Shown here: positions 10,996-21,798 of the stretch, one piece after another
How positions within the stretch are numbered: the first letter of the stretch is position 1
How the letters are laid out: each line of letters starts with the position of its first letter
From: Octopus bimaculoides
Taxonomy: Eukaryota
DNA: 36,515 nt
Reading direction: 5' to 3'
Assembly: GCF_001194135.2 (NCBI RefSeq)
Contig: NC_068985.1
Span: 93,640,766-93,677,280 of the forward strand
The notes under the pieces: generated by a model
What the model was told of the DNA's origin: nothing
What the model saw: only the letters and a program-made list of their open reading frames with translations
The model's database searches: none
Translations under genes and position numbers: made by a program

Positions 10996-11688
10996 CAAAG
11001 GCGGTGAACCGGTGGAATCCCGAGTGCGTCGGACAAAATGCTGAGCGGCATTTCGTCCGCTCGTAATCTTTATTCCTAAGTTCAAATTCCACCGAGTTCG
11101 ACTTTGCCTTTCATCCCTTTCGCGGTTGATAAAATAAGTACCAGTTGAGTACTGGGGAGCGATGTAACCGACTAATCCCTCCACCATAAATTCCAGGTTT
11201 TTTGCCTAGAGTAGAAAGGATTATGTCTGCAGAGACAAGGGCGGTGGGATGGAAGAATCATGAGGCGGCGAGCTGGCAGAAACGTTAGCACGCCGGGCAA
11301 AATGCTTAACGGTATTTCGTCTGCCTTTACGTTCTGAGTTCAAATTCCGCCGAGGTCGACTTTGCCTTTCATCCTTTCGGGCTCGATAAATTAAGTACCA
11401 GTTACGCACTGGGGTCGATGTAATCGACTTAATCCGTTTGTCTATCCTTGTTTGTCCCCTCTATGCTTAGTCCCTTGTGGGCAATAAATAAATAAGAATC
11501 ATTCAGAGCGTCGGACAAAAAAGCTGAGCGGCATTTCTTCCGGCTCTTTATACATCCTGAGTTCAAATCCCGCCGATTTCAATTATTCATTCCGTCCCTC
11601 GATAAAATAAAATCCCAACCAAGTGCAGAGGCTGAGTGCACCGGCTGACCCCCTTCAAAGTAGCTGCTTTATGCCAAAATTAGAAGGA
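10996..11688 (+). mobile_element. Three family-A SINEs: two tandem, one nested
   Basis: Exact 16-mer attatgtctgcagaga at 10980, 11220 and 11689; third copy 11262-11493 flanked by aagaatcat (11253, 11494) inside the head of the second. Confidence 0.9.
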
Positions 11689-12669
11689 ATTATGTCTGCA
11701 GAGATATCAGATTTTAGAGCGAAGTTGGGAGGTATTATGGCGAGCGGAGACCATGAGATTATGATAAAAGATAAGAGATTCGTGAAAGAAGATACGTAAT
11801 TAGCACATTAAAAGGAATTTGTCGATAGAAGCAAAAGTGGACATGATACTGCAGATGTTTGCATAACAGTGAAACAAATAAATTTTAGAGTTAGCATCTT
11901 TAAAATAAACATAGCACCATGTTCACGGCATGGTACGAACTGCCAGACCTTCGGTTGGTATCCAATTTACTACGAAATTCTCTAACTACAACATTCCATA
12001 TAAATTAAAATCCTTGTAGAGAAAATTGTCTTCATGACTACTGCACACACACACACACACACACACACGCATTAATAAGAAGGCAACCAGTTAAATATAA
12101 TTTATCTACAGTTTATATAAGAGAAAATAACAAAAAAAAATTGAAAAGAAATATGTTGAAATGATGGAATAAATAACTAGTTCCAACGGCTTTCCAGTTA
12201 ACATTTTTACCCTAAATTGAATAAGATCTTCAAAGCGAAATAAGTTTGCCCAGTATTTTTACTACCAGATATACTTCACAAATCAATACATGTTTTACTA
12301 AGAGAACCGTATTGCCAAAATAAAAGGAGAATTGGAAAAGAAATGAAAAAGAAACAAAAAAGAAAGCGATGAAAAGCAAAAAAAGAAACTAAAACATAAT
12401 AAAAAATAATAAAAGCCTCATGCAGGATTGGTGTTCGGTAAGAGACTTAAAAGCGAGAACAATGGCGTGATAAATGAACTGGAAGTGTAATTTATTTGTC
12501 ATAACGCATTACTACTTCAAATTTTGCATCTTCGAATTTCTAACAAGATTCTCATAAAATTAGTACCGACGTCACACATGGCAAAATAATTTCACTTTTA
12601 CATATTTTGTAATACTTTTTCTTTTTTCCTTTTATTTAATATTCTTTTCTTTCTTTAATTTTTCTTTAT

Positions 12670-12837
12670 TTAATTTTGGTTTGAAGCGGTTGTATGCTTT
12701 ATTTCTTCATTTGCTTCTACCATATTCATATCATAGAAATGTTTCTCTCTTTCTTGTTCAACGGCTTGTATGTCTTCTCGGTTTTTGCGAGCGCCAGAAA
12801 AAAAGTATAATTTCAGAAAAAATAAGACAAACGTCGC
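12670..12837 (-). CDS. Candidate terminal coding exon (ATFVLFFLKLYFFSGARKNREDIQAVEQEREKHFYDMNMVEANEEIKHTTASNQN*), product unknown
   Basis: ttcaattccAG acceptor at 12840-12838, 56 open codons, hydrophobic then charged tail, AATAAA overlapping the stop. No homology recognised and no partner exon identified. Confidence 0.3.
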   Translation of the reverse strand, partial: ATFVLFFLKLYFFSGARKNREDIQAVEQEREKHFYDMNMVEANEEIKHTTASNQN

Positions 12838-12976
12838 CTGGAATTGAATGTTCGTATTGTACAATGATGCTTGCATGATTGTAAAGTAAGGTAGCAAAAA
12901 AAAACAAAAAAACACAACAGCAAAAGCGGGAACTGTTAACATCATGTGAAGAGAGATACAAAAAATAATTACATAG

Positions 12977-13008
<32 letters not shown>

Positions 13009-13365
13009 NNNNNNNNNNNNNNNNNNNNNNNNNNNNNNNNNNNNNNNNNNNNNNNNNNNNNNNNNNNNNNNNNNNNNNNNNNNNNNNNNNNNNNNNNNNN
13101 NNNNNNNNNNNNNNNNNNNNNNNNNNNNNNNNNNNNNNNNNNNNNNNNNNNNNNNNNNNNNNNNNNNNNNNNNNNNNNNNNNNNNNNNNNNNNNNNNNNN
13201 NNNNNNNNNNNNNNNNNNNNNNNNNNNNNNNNNNNNNNNNNNNNNNNNNNNNNNNNNNNNNNNNNNNNNNNNNNNNNNNNNNNNNNNNNNNNNNNNNNNN
13301 NNNNNNNNNTATATAAATTAAACATATATATACATATATAGAAAGACGCCGCTATATTTTTATAT

Positions 13366-13398
<33 letters not shown>

Positions 13399-13711
13399 CG
13401 TGTATATGTATGTATATATGTATGTGTGTATGTATATGCGTATCTATATATGTGTATGTACGTGTGTAATTGTGTGTGTGTGTGTGTGTATAATTATAGT
13501 TTCTAAAAAAGAAACTGCAAACGCAGACGAATTGATGTAAAGTAATGAGTGCTGACAGGCTGCCAGAGATTTGAATTGAACTTAAAAGACAAAACACAAG
13601 GAAATATAAAGCAAGCAGTAGATGAGAAACGCTTACTAGTCATTATGTTACACACTGCCAGCTTATTTAAGTGACATTTTAACCAACTTTACTCGGCTAC
13701 CTTTCTTTCCA

Positions 13712-13769
<58 letters not shown>

Positions 13770-15010
13770 CAGACACAGTTTTTCTTCACATTCTCTCTCT
13801 CTCTCTCTTTCTCTTTCTCTTTCTGTCTCAAAACAGAAGCAAACACACGTACATAAACCTATATACATACATATATGCATANNNNNNNNNNNNNNNNNNN
13901 NNNNNNNNNNNNNNNNNNNNNNNNNNNNNNNNNNNNNNNNNNNNNNNNNNNNNNNNNNNNNNNNNNNNNNNNNNNNNNNNNNNNNNNNNNNNNNNNNNNN
14001 NNNNNNNNNNNNNNNNNNNNNNNNNNNNNNNNNNNNNNNNNNNNNNNNNNNNNNNNNNNNNNNNNNNNNNNNNNNNNNNNNNNNNNNNNNNNNNNNNNNN
14101 NNNNNNNNNNNNNNNNNNNNNNNNNNNNNNNNNNNNNNNNNNNNNNNNNNNNNNNNNNNNNNNNNNNNNNNNNNNNNNNNNNNNNNNNNNNNNNNNNNNN
14201 NNNNNNNNNNNNNNNNNNNNNNNNNNNNNNNNNNNNNNNNNNNNNNNNNNNNNNNNNNNNNNNNNNNNNNNNNNNNNNNNNNNNNNNNNNNNNNNNNNNN
14301 NNNNNNNNNNNNNNNNNNNNNNNNNNNNNNNNNNNNNNNNNNNNNNNNNNNNNNNNNNNNNNNNNNNNNNNNNNNNNNNNNNNNNNNNNNNNNNNNNNNN
14401 NNNNNNNNNNNNNNNNNNNNNNNNNNNNNNNNNNNNNNNNNNNNNNNNNNNNNNNNNNNNNNNNNNNNNNNNNNNNNNNNNNNNNNNNNNNNNNNNNNNN
14501 NNNNNNNNNNNNNNNNNNNNNNNNNNNNNNNNNNNNNNNNNNNNNNNNNNNNNNNNNNNNNNNNNNNNNNNNNNNNNNNNNNNNNNNNNNNNNNNNNNNN
14601 NGTGTGTTTATTTAAGAGTAATATTCCGTAGCGACTTTCCAAATAACAATAGAATATTCACTGATGAGGACACTCGATGCGAAAAGTAGAAGGGAATTCG
14701 TTTTGACTTGAAGTTTCAGTTCCATCTTACTCAAACGGTCTCCTCCCACCCTCTTTCTCCCTCTGTCTCTATCTCTGCATATGTATGTAACATATCTATC
14801 TATCTATATATATATATATATATATATAGATAGATAGATATATAATTTAAAGAGAGTTAGAGGTTGTGAATCCAACCAACTAAGGGATAGTATTTATCCC
14901 TTAGTTGTAAAATACCCAATTATTAATACACAAGTATTGGTTGTTACGTGGCAATTACACTATTGAGCGTAATAAATGGGCGAGGGTAAAAAGTGGTTTT
15001 ACCCTTAATT

Positions 15011-15179
15011 TATACGGCAAGAAGAAAATGGAGGGCATCCAGAGATACTATGCATCAACTATTAAACATTATATTATGTCCATTTATTTATAAATAAATA
15101 AATGAACATAATATAATGTCTAACAGTTGATGCATACTACCTTTGGATCTCCTCCATTTTCTTCTTGCCTTGCCGTATA
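15011..15179. mobile_element. 169-bp fold-back (hairpin MITE-like) element
   Basis: Arms 15011-15090 and 15095-15179 are reverse complements (about 8 mismatches plus a 5-nt duplication), 4-nt loop, tata at both ends. Confidence 0.7.
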
Positions 15180-15193
15180 TGTATATGTGTATA

Positions 15194-15241
<48 letters not shown>

Positions 15242-15413
15242 TATACACATACACACAAACACGAGTGACTGGACAAAGGGGAGAAAAGAGCACTCAACAC
15301 GTTTAGTAGGAGTTTATGAATACATTCATTATTTGAAACAGTTTGATTCGGTTCCGTGCTACTTCAAGTTTCGCAGGTCACCAACGGGATCCCGACTCCG
15401 GATCAAACTGCTT

Positions 15414-15430
15414 TTAATAATAATAATAAT

Positions 15431-15494
<64 letters not shown>

Positions 15495-15705
15495 TTAATA
15501 ATAATAATAATATTATTAATAATAATAAAAATTATAATGTTAATAATAATAATATTATTAATAATAATAATAATAATGTTAATAATAATAATATTATTAT
15601 TATTATTAATAATAATAATAATAATAATAATGTTAATAATAATAATATTATTATTAATAATAATAATAATGATGATAATAAATAAATAAATAAATAAATA
15701 ATAAT
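15414..15705. repeat. Imperfect (AAT)n microsatellite
   Basis: Direct reading; source of the poly-I and poly-N ORFs. Confidence 0.95.
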
Positions 15706-15777
15706 AATGATTTGGGTTGTTTTTTTCTCTTTTTGTAGTTTCGGCTCAGAGCTGTGGTTATGCTGGGAGCACTATCG

Positions 15778-15817
<40 letters not shown>

Positions 15818-15820
<3 letters not shown>

Positions 15821-15947
15821 CTGGAGAGAATTAGAAGCCAAATTTTCCTTAAACCAAACCCCCTATTCTTTAAATCAATGAAGGATGCGTTGGATACCCT
15901 AATACATAGCTGGAAAGCTCTTAATAGTAGAATCTCTTCCATTAGGG
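15818..15947 (+). mobile_element. Left arm of a 130-bp inverted repeat pair (family-F-related)
   Basis: 126/130 identical to the reverse complement of 17313-17442; starts cagctggagag right after (TA)n; runs into an N-gap. Confidence 0.85.
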
Positions 15948-16478
15948 NNNNNNNNNNNNNNNNNNNNNNNNNNNNNNNNNNNNNNNNNNNNNNNNNNNNN
16001 NNNNNNNNNNNNNNNNNNNNNNNNNNNNNNNNNNNNNNNNNNNNNNNNNNNNNNNNNNNNNNNNNNNNNNNNNNNNNNNNNNNNNNNNNNNNNNNNNNNN
16101 NNNNNNNNNNNNNNNNNNNNNNNNNNNNNNNNNNNNNNNNNNNNNNNNNNNNNNNNNNNNNNNNNNNNNNNNNNNNNNNNNNNNNNNNNNNNNNNNNNNN
16201 NNNNNNNNNNNNNNNNNNNNNNNNNNNNNNNNNNNNNNNNNNNNNNNNNNNNNNNNNNNNNNNNNNNNNNNNNNNNNNNNNNNNNNNNNNNNNNNNNNNN
16301 NNNNNNNNNNNNNNNNNNNNNNNNNNNNNNNNNNNNNNNNNNNNNNNNNNNNNNNNNNNNNNNNNNNNNNNNNNNNNNNNNNNNNNNNNNNNNNNNNNNN
16401 NNNNNNNNNNNNNNNNNNNNNNNNNNNNNNNNNNNNNNNNNNNNNNNNNNNNNNNNNNNNNNNNNNNNNNNNNNNNNN

Positions 16479-16752
16479 AATGGCCCAGCGGTTAGGGCAG
16501 TGGACTTGCTGGCGTAGGATCACGTTTTCGATACCCAGACCGAGCGTTGTGAGTGTTTATTAAGCGAAAACAACTAAAGCTCCCCGCAGTTCCGACATGA
16601 GGCGCTGGTGAACCCTGCTGTACTCTTTCACCACAACTTTCTTTCACTCTTACTTCCTGTTTCTGTTGTACCTGTATTTCAAAGGGGCCAGCCAGCCTTG
16701 TCATACTCTGTGTCACGCTGAATCTCCCCGAGAACTACGTTAAGAATTACAC
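16479..16752 (+). mobile_element. Family-C tRNA-derived SINE, 3'-truncated
   Basis: aatggcccagcggttagggcag...gctgtactctttcaccacaactttc...gaactacgttaag matches 35112-35370. Confidence 0.85.
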
Positions 16753-16974
16753 AATCAGCTTTGTGATATTTATTTATCACTCTTTAAATATGGAGTTCAA
16801 ATCCTTTTCCGCGAGCTCGATAACGTGCAGCATCAACAAAATACTAGGGTCAGTTTTACGAACTCAACATTTTCTCCATATTTATGGCCTTTGCCTATAT
16901 TAGCAATAGATTTTAGCTTCTCCTTCATCATCACCATCATCATCATCACCACCATCATCATCATCTTCATCATC

Positions 16975-17008
<34 letters not shown>

Positions 17009-17250
17009 TCATCACCACTACCACCACCATCATCATCATCATCATCGTTGTCGTCGTCATCATTATCCTTATGACTTCCAGAGGTGATAATACAAATTAC
17101 NNNNNNNNNNNNNNNNNNNNNNNNNNNNNNNNNNNNNNNNNNNNNNNNNNNNNNNNNNNNNNNNNNNNNNNNNNNNNNNNNNNNNNNNNNNNNNNNNNNN
17201 NNNNNNNNNNNNNNNNNNNNNNNNNNNNNNNNNNNNNNNNNNNNNNNNNN

Positions 17251-17442
17251 GAGCAGGCGAGGGGGGAGCAGGCGAGGGGGGAGCAGGCGAGGAGCGTTTA
17301 GCCCCAGGTTATCCCTAATGGAAGAGATTCTACTATTAAGAGCTTTTCAACTATGTATTAGGGTATCCAACACATCCTTCATTGATTTAAAGAATACGGG
17401 GTTTGGTTTAAGGAAAATTTGGCTTCTAATTCTCTCCAGCTG
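17251..17442 (-). mobile_element. Right arm of the inverted pair, with family-F-like tail and a 15-nt repeat (gagcaggcgaggggg)
   Basis: Reverse complement ends ...gggataacctggggctaaac then (ctcgcctgctccccc)-type repeats; outer end cagctg followed by TA at 17443-17444. Confidence 0.85.
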
Positions 17443-17720
17443 TATGTAGAAGCTATATACAAGGTCGATTAAACGAATTCCACATCTCTTCGGCAATAGC
17501 TAAGCTTCCGGCCATTATACGATATATTCATTATCATTGTTGATATTATTATTATAATTATCGTTTTTAACACAGCACCTTTGCAAGGGGCGGTAGCAAA
17601 GGGTCAGCGTCCAGAGCCAGTAAATAAAGGTAACACTGCTCATTCAAATTCTAAGAACTCTGCGGAGGATTTATGAAGTTCCAAGCAACGCTATTTTCAG
17701 TAGATGCTGTATTTGTATTT

Positions 17721-18098
17721 AAGATGGCGAGCTGGCTGAATCGTTACTGAGCCCGGCAAAATGCTTAACGGCATTTACGTTCTGAGTTCAAATGCCACCA
17801 ATGTCAACTTTGCCTTTCATCCTTTCGGAGTCGATTAAATAAGTACCAGTTATGCACTGGGGTCGACGTAATCGACTTACCATTCCCCTGAACTTGCTGG
17901 CCTTGTGCTGATATTTTAAGCCATTATTATTATTGTTGTTGTTGTTGTTGTTATTATTATTATTGGTTTGAGGTATTTCGTTCGTGTTTACGTTCTGTGG
18001 TCAACTTCTGCCGCGGTCGATTTTGCCTTTCATCCTTTCGGGGGTCAATAAAAAAAACCCTCCCCCCAAAAAATTGCTGCTCACTTGGCAAAATATTA

Positions 18099-18141
<43 letters not shown>

Positions 18142-18351
18142 CATCATCATCATCATTATTATTATTATTATTCGTTTGCGGCATTTCGTCCATCTTTACG
18201 TTCTGAGTTCATATTCTGCCGAGGTCAACTTTGCCTTTCATCCTTTCGGGGTCGACAAAATGGGTACCAGTTGAGAGCACTGGGGTCGAGGCAATAGACT
18301 TACCCCCACTCCACCTTCTAAATTGTTAGCCATGTGCCAAAATTTGAAGCC

Positions 18352-18418
<67 letters not shown>

Positions 18419-18625
18419 GGTGGGCGGCGAGCTAGCAGAATCATTTGTGCGTCGGACAAAATCCTGAACGGCTTTTCTTCCGTCTTTTTAAGTTCTGAAT
18501 TCAAATCCTACCGGGATCGATAAAATAAATACCAGTTAAGTATTGGGGTCGATATAATTGATTTTCCCCTTCTCCTTAAAACATTGCTGGCCCTGTGATG
18601 AAAACATACAAAATATTTATTATTA
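17721..18625 (+). mobile_element. Head-to-tail array of four family-A SINEs separated by (ATT)n tails
   Basis: Bodies at about 17721, 17970, 18175 and 18420, each ending ...gccttgtgcc/ctgaaatt...attattatt. Confidence 0.85.
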
Positions 18626-20081
18626 TTGTTCGTTTTGTCGCATTTTTTTTTCAAAAGCGCTATCCTCGTCGTCGTCGTCATCATCATCTTCATCATCAGC
18701 GACAACAACAATACCAACAACAGAAGCAACATTATTTTAAACTGAATTAAGTCGTCTGTGAAATTAGTAGTCTTAGTGTGGAAACTATATTTGTAGGTAT
18801 TTTTTGTTCTCGTTATTTTTATTTTTTGTTCTCATTATGTTTTTATGTTGAACATAACATTTTTTTAGGTGGGAATTTGTACCAACGGTACGAATAATTT
18901 CATTCAAACTTGGTAAATATCAATCATTAGCTAAGGAAACTAACCGGAACCGGAAATAGGAATAGGATGCTGTATGAACAACAACAAATAACATATACAT
19001 AAAGAAGAAAGAAAGAAAGAAAAATACAAAAAGAAAACAATTTCCGACAAAAAGAAAATGAGAATAGCAACAAATCGATTTAACAAGATCTCCATTATAA
19101 ACTTGCTGGCTGCAATCCGTTCGTATCATCCGAAATACTGGTTTGATGGCTCTTTCGCTCTCCATTCCACCTCACTCTCTTTTTGTTACTCTTTATCATT
19201 TTCTCTCCCCCCCCCTCTCTCTCTCTATCTCTCTCTATCTCTATCGATTCATATACGTTACTCCAGCTTAGTAGTAGGCAAGAATTCGTTTTCCACTTTG
19301 ACAGTTCCTCCATTAAGATTGCAACTGTCTGGGAATCGGATCACAGAATTTCTGTCTTCAATACATTGGTTCGACTTAGATGTCTGATAGTTTTGCTCAG
19401 ATTTTTCCTTGTATTTTCAATAAATCCACCCCCACCACAATCACTACTACCACACCAACATTATCCTTTCTTTTTCATTCTTTTCTTTTTCTTTTCTCTC
19501 TCTTATTTTTTTTTTCTTTTCTACATCATTCCTAGTTCGTTCCTTCTGCGAACTAAGATTCGGTCAGGCTCCATTGCCTGATAAATACAACAGAAGAATA
19601 ATGATTGTTGTTAGTTTCTGCTATGCTTTCAAAATATGATATTTCTTTTCTTAACAATCAAATAATAGATTAATTCAGTGATACCACGGCGTCACATTTT
19701 CTCCGTAATATTTTGTTAACCCATTTCTGCAATTTAAAATACTTATACAAGACAAGATTAACTAGCGAACGAACAAATGTAGTTTTAAGCCGGCAAAATA
19801 ACATATCACCTTATTAATACACTAAATTCCAATAATTCATTATCGTTTTACTTATGCTTTACTTTATATATCAGCATAATGGATATATATGTGTGCGAGT
19901 GTACAGTGTTTGTGTGTATGTATGCATGTGTGTGCGTGTCTTTGTTGTACACGCCTGTGTGTATTTGACTCCAAATATAATCTCGAAGTCTGACATGATT
20001 ATGAAAAAACGTTTTACAAAGAGCACAAGCAAAGTGTGTGGTGTGTATATGTATGTTTCTGTGTGCAGATGTAAGTAGACA

Positions 20082-20149
<68 letters not shown>

Positions 20150-20405
20150 AATATATATGCGTGTGTATATATGTATATATAATTGTATGCATATGTGAAT
20201 ATATACACTTACATACATATACTTACATATATATCTACATACTTATATATACATATACATATGAATGTATTTTTGTATGTATGTATGCATGTGTTCACAC
20301 ACACGCACACACACACACACACANNNNNNNNNNATATATATAAGGATTTCGTAATGAGAAAAAAAAACAAGGCTGCGTATAATATAGAACATTTATAAAT
20401 AGAAT

Positions 20406-20453
20406 GTCTTACAGCTGTTTCCAGGATATTTATTATATCCCTTTATCGGAGAC
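20406..20453 (-). ncRNA. Type-I hammerhead motif with mutated core (left arm)
   Basis: Reverse complement: GTCT-CCGATAA-A-GGGATA(TAATAAA)TATCCT-G-GAAAC-AGCT-GTA^-AGAC. Palindrome ACAGCTGT intact; core has two substitutions relative to CTGATGA. Confidence 0.6.
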
Positions 20454-20511
20454 GGTGTGAGAGGATGGTATGGTTAAGTAATAGTTAGTTTAGGTAAGGT
20501 AGGAAATGGAA

Positions 20512-20655
20512 AGTGAATGTAGCGTTATTGTATTTGTAGATCCATTGTTTAGGCAGAATGGTATACATATAAGATTTCACAGGGTATTGGAATCTTATAT
20601 GTATACCATTCTGCCTAAACAATGGATTTACAAATACAATATGCCTACATTCACT
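20512..20655. repeat. Central hairpin, 65-bp arms, 14-nt spacer
   Basis: 20527-20576 versus 20591-20640: 49/50 complementary; extends to 20512/20655 with 3 further mismatches. Confidence 0.95.
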
Positions 20656-20659
20656 CTTT

Positions 20660-20750
20660 ATTACGCCATATACGCCATAGAAACCGGGAAACCGGGCCCA
20701 TGAGCCTGGCTAGGCTTTAAAAAGGGCGCATAAATAAATAAATAAATAAA
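20660..20750 (+). mobile_element. Family-E-like SINE 3' tail inserted in the fold-back element
   Basis: gaaaccgggaaaccgggcccatgagcc plus (TAAA)n; similar to the tail of 3140-3381. Confidence 0.45.
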
Positions 20751-20816
20751 TTTCTCTCTATATTCCCTATCTCCTCCTTTTCCATAATAATTTGAACTCA
20801 AATATTTTCTCACACC

Positions 20817-20864
20817 GTCTCTGATGAAGGGATATCCATAATATTCCAGAAACAACTGTAAGAC
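20817..20864 (+). ncRNA. Type-I hammerhead ribozyme motif (right arm)
   Basis: GTCT-CTGATGA-A-GGGATA(TCCATAA)TATTCC-A-GAAAC-AACT-GTA^-AGAC. Intact CUGAUGA and GAAA, helix I 4 bp, helix II 6 bp, GUA site after 20860; an extra A on each side of helix II is non-canonical. Confidence 0.7.
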
Positions 20865-20967
20865 TTTCCTTATAAATGTCCTGAAAACTCCTCACAGCCT
20901 TGGCTTTGTTATCTCATTCTGTCTAATATATATATAAACATATATATGTGCGTGTGTGTGTGTGTGC

Positions 20968-21000
<33 letters not shown>

Positions 21001-21733
21001 TGTATGTATGTATGTATGTTTGTATATGTATACATATGTTGTACATGTTGCACATTAGTTATACAAGTGTTAAAATATTACGTTCTGTCCTGTCTAAGTT
21101 TAGCCACAGTATCACAGAACACATTAAATCATTAACTATTGGATAGTTTATTCACAGCTGCGACTATTAGTCTCCATGATAAATATATATGAAAAATATA
21201 TATGAAAAACCAATGGACATATATATATATANNNNNNNNNNNNNNNNNNNNNNNNNNNNNNNNNNNNNNNNNNNNNNNNNNNNNNNNNNNNNNNNNNNNN
21301 NNNNNNNNNNNNNNNNNNNNNNNNNNNGTGTATGTGTATGTATGTATTAATGCATTACATGCATATTAATATGTGTTTGAATACATTTATACATATCTAT
21401 ATATGCATAATTATGCACATCGAAACATATGTGCATACATACATAAATTCTGTGCATGCGTCTGCGGACTTTTTTTTTATCATACAGCTTTTATAATGTC
21501 TTTGTAAAGTAATTTATATGCATGTGTGTGTAGATGTATATATACTAGCTGACGTACTGGGCAATTCCCGGGAAAGTGGGGCTTATCACTTGGTTCCGTT
21601 CTCGTAACTGTTTCGCTAATCCAATAACAACAATACAAAGTATGTAGCCCTTAAAATGTTTTTTGTGCATTTACAGAGAATAGCAAACTGTCTTCACAGG
21701 TTCTTGTTTTAGGAATTCCCATATTATTCTCTC

Positions 21734-21798
<65 letters not shown>

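Larger units (their letters stand above)
20342..20925. mobile_element. Palindromic (fold-back) non-autonomous element with hammerhead motifs in both arms
   Basis: Outer arms 20369-20462 and 20808-20901 are inverted copies, similarity fading out to the (TA)n flanks; central 65-bp-arm hairpin at 20512-20655. Confidence 0.75.

Noticed and set aside
14655-14692. CTGATGA-G...C-GAAA at 14661-14684
   Set aside because: Helix II has only one clear pair and helix I does not form; at best a heavily decayed hammerhead.
15339-15410. 13-bp inverted repeat cagtttgat(t/c)cgg with CAGT ends
   Set aside because: No TA duplication and no second copy in the window; too short to call a transposon.
19267-19387. 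LRR-like peptide LRLQLSGNRITEF on the plus strand, with protein-like frames on the minus strand too
   Set aside because: A single motif, a stop soon after, no donor site, and competing frames on both strands; cannot choose or support a CDS.
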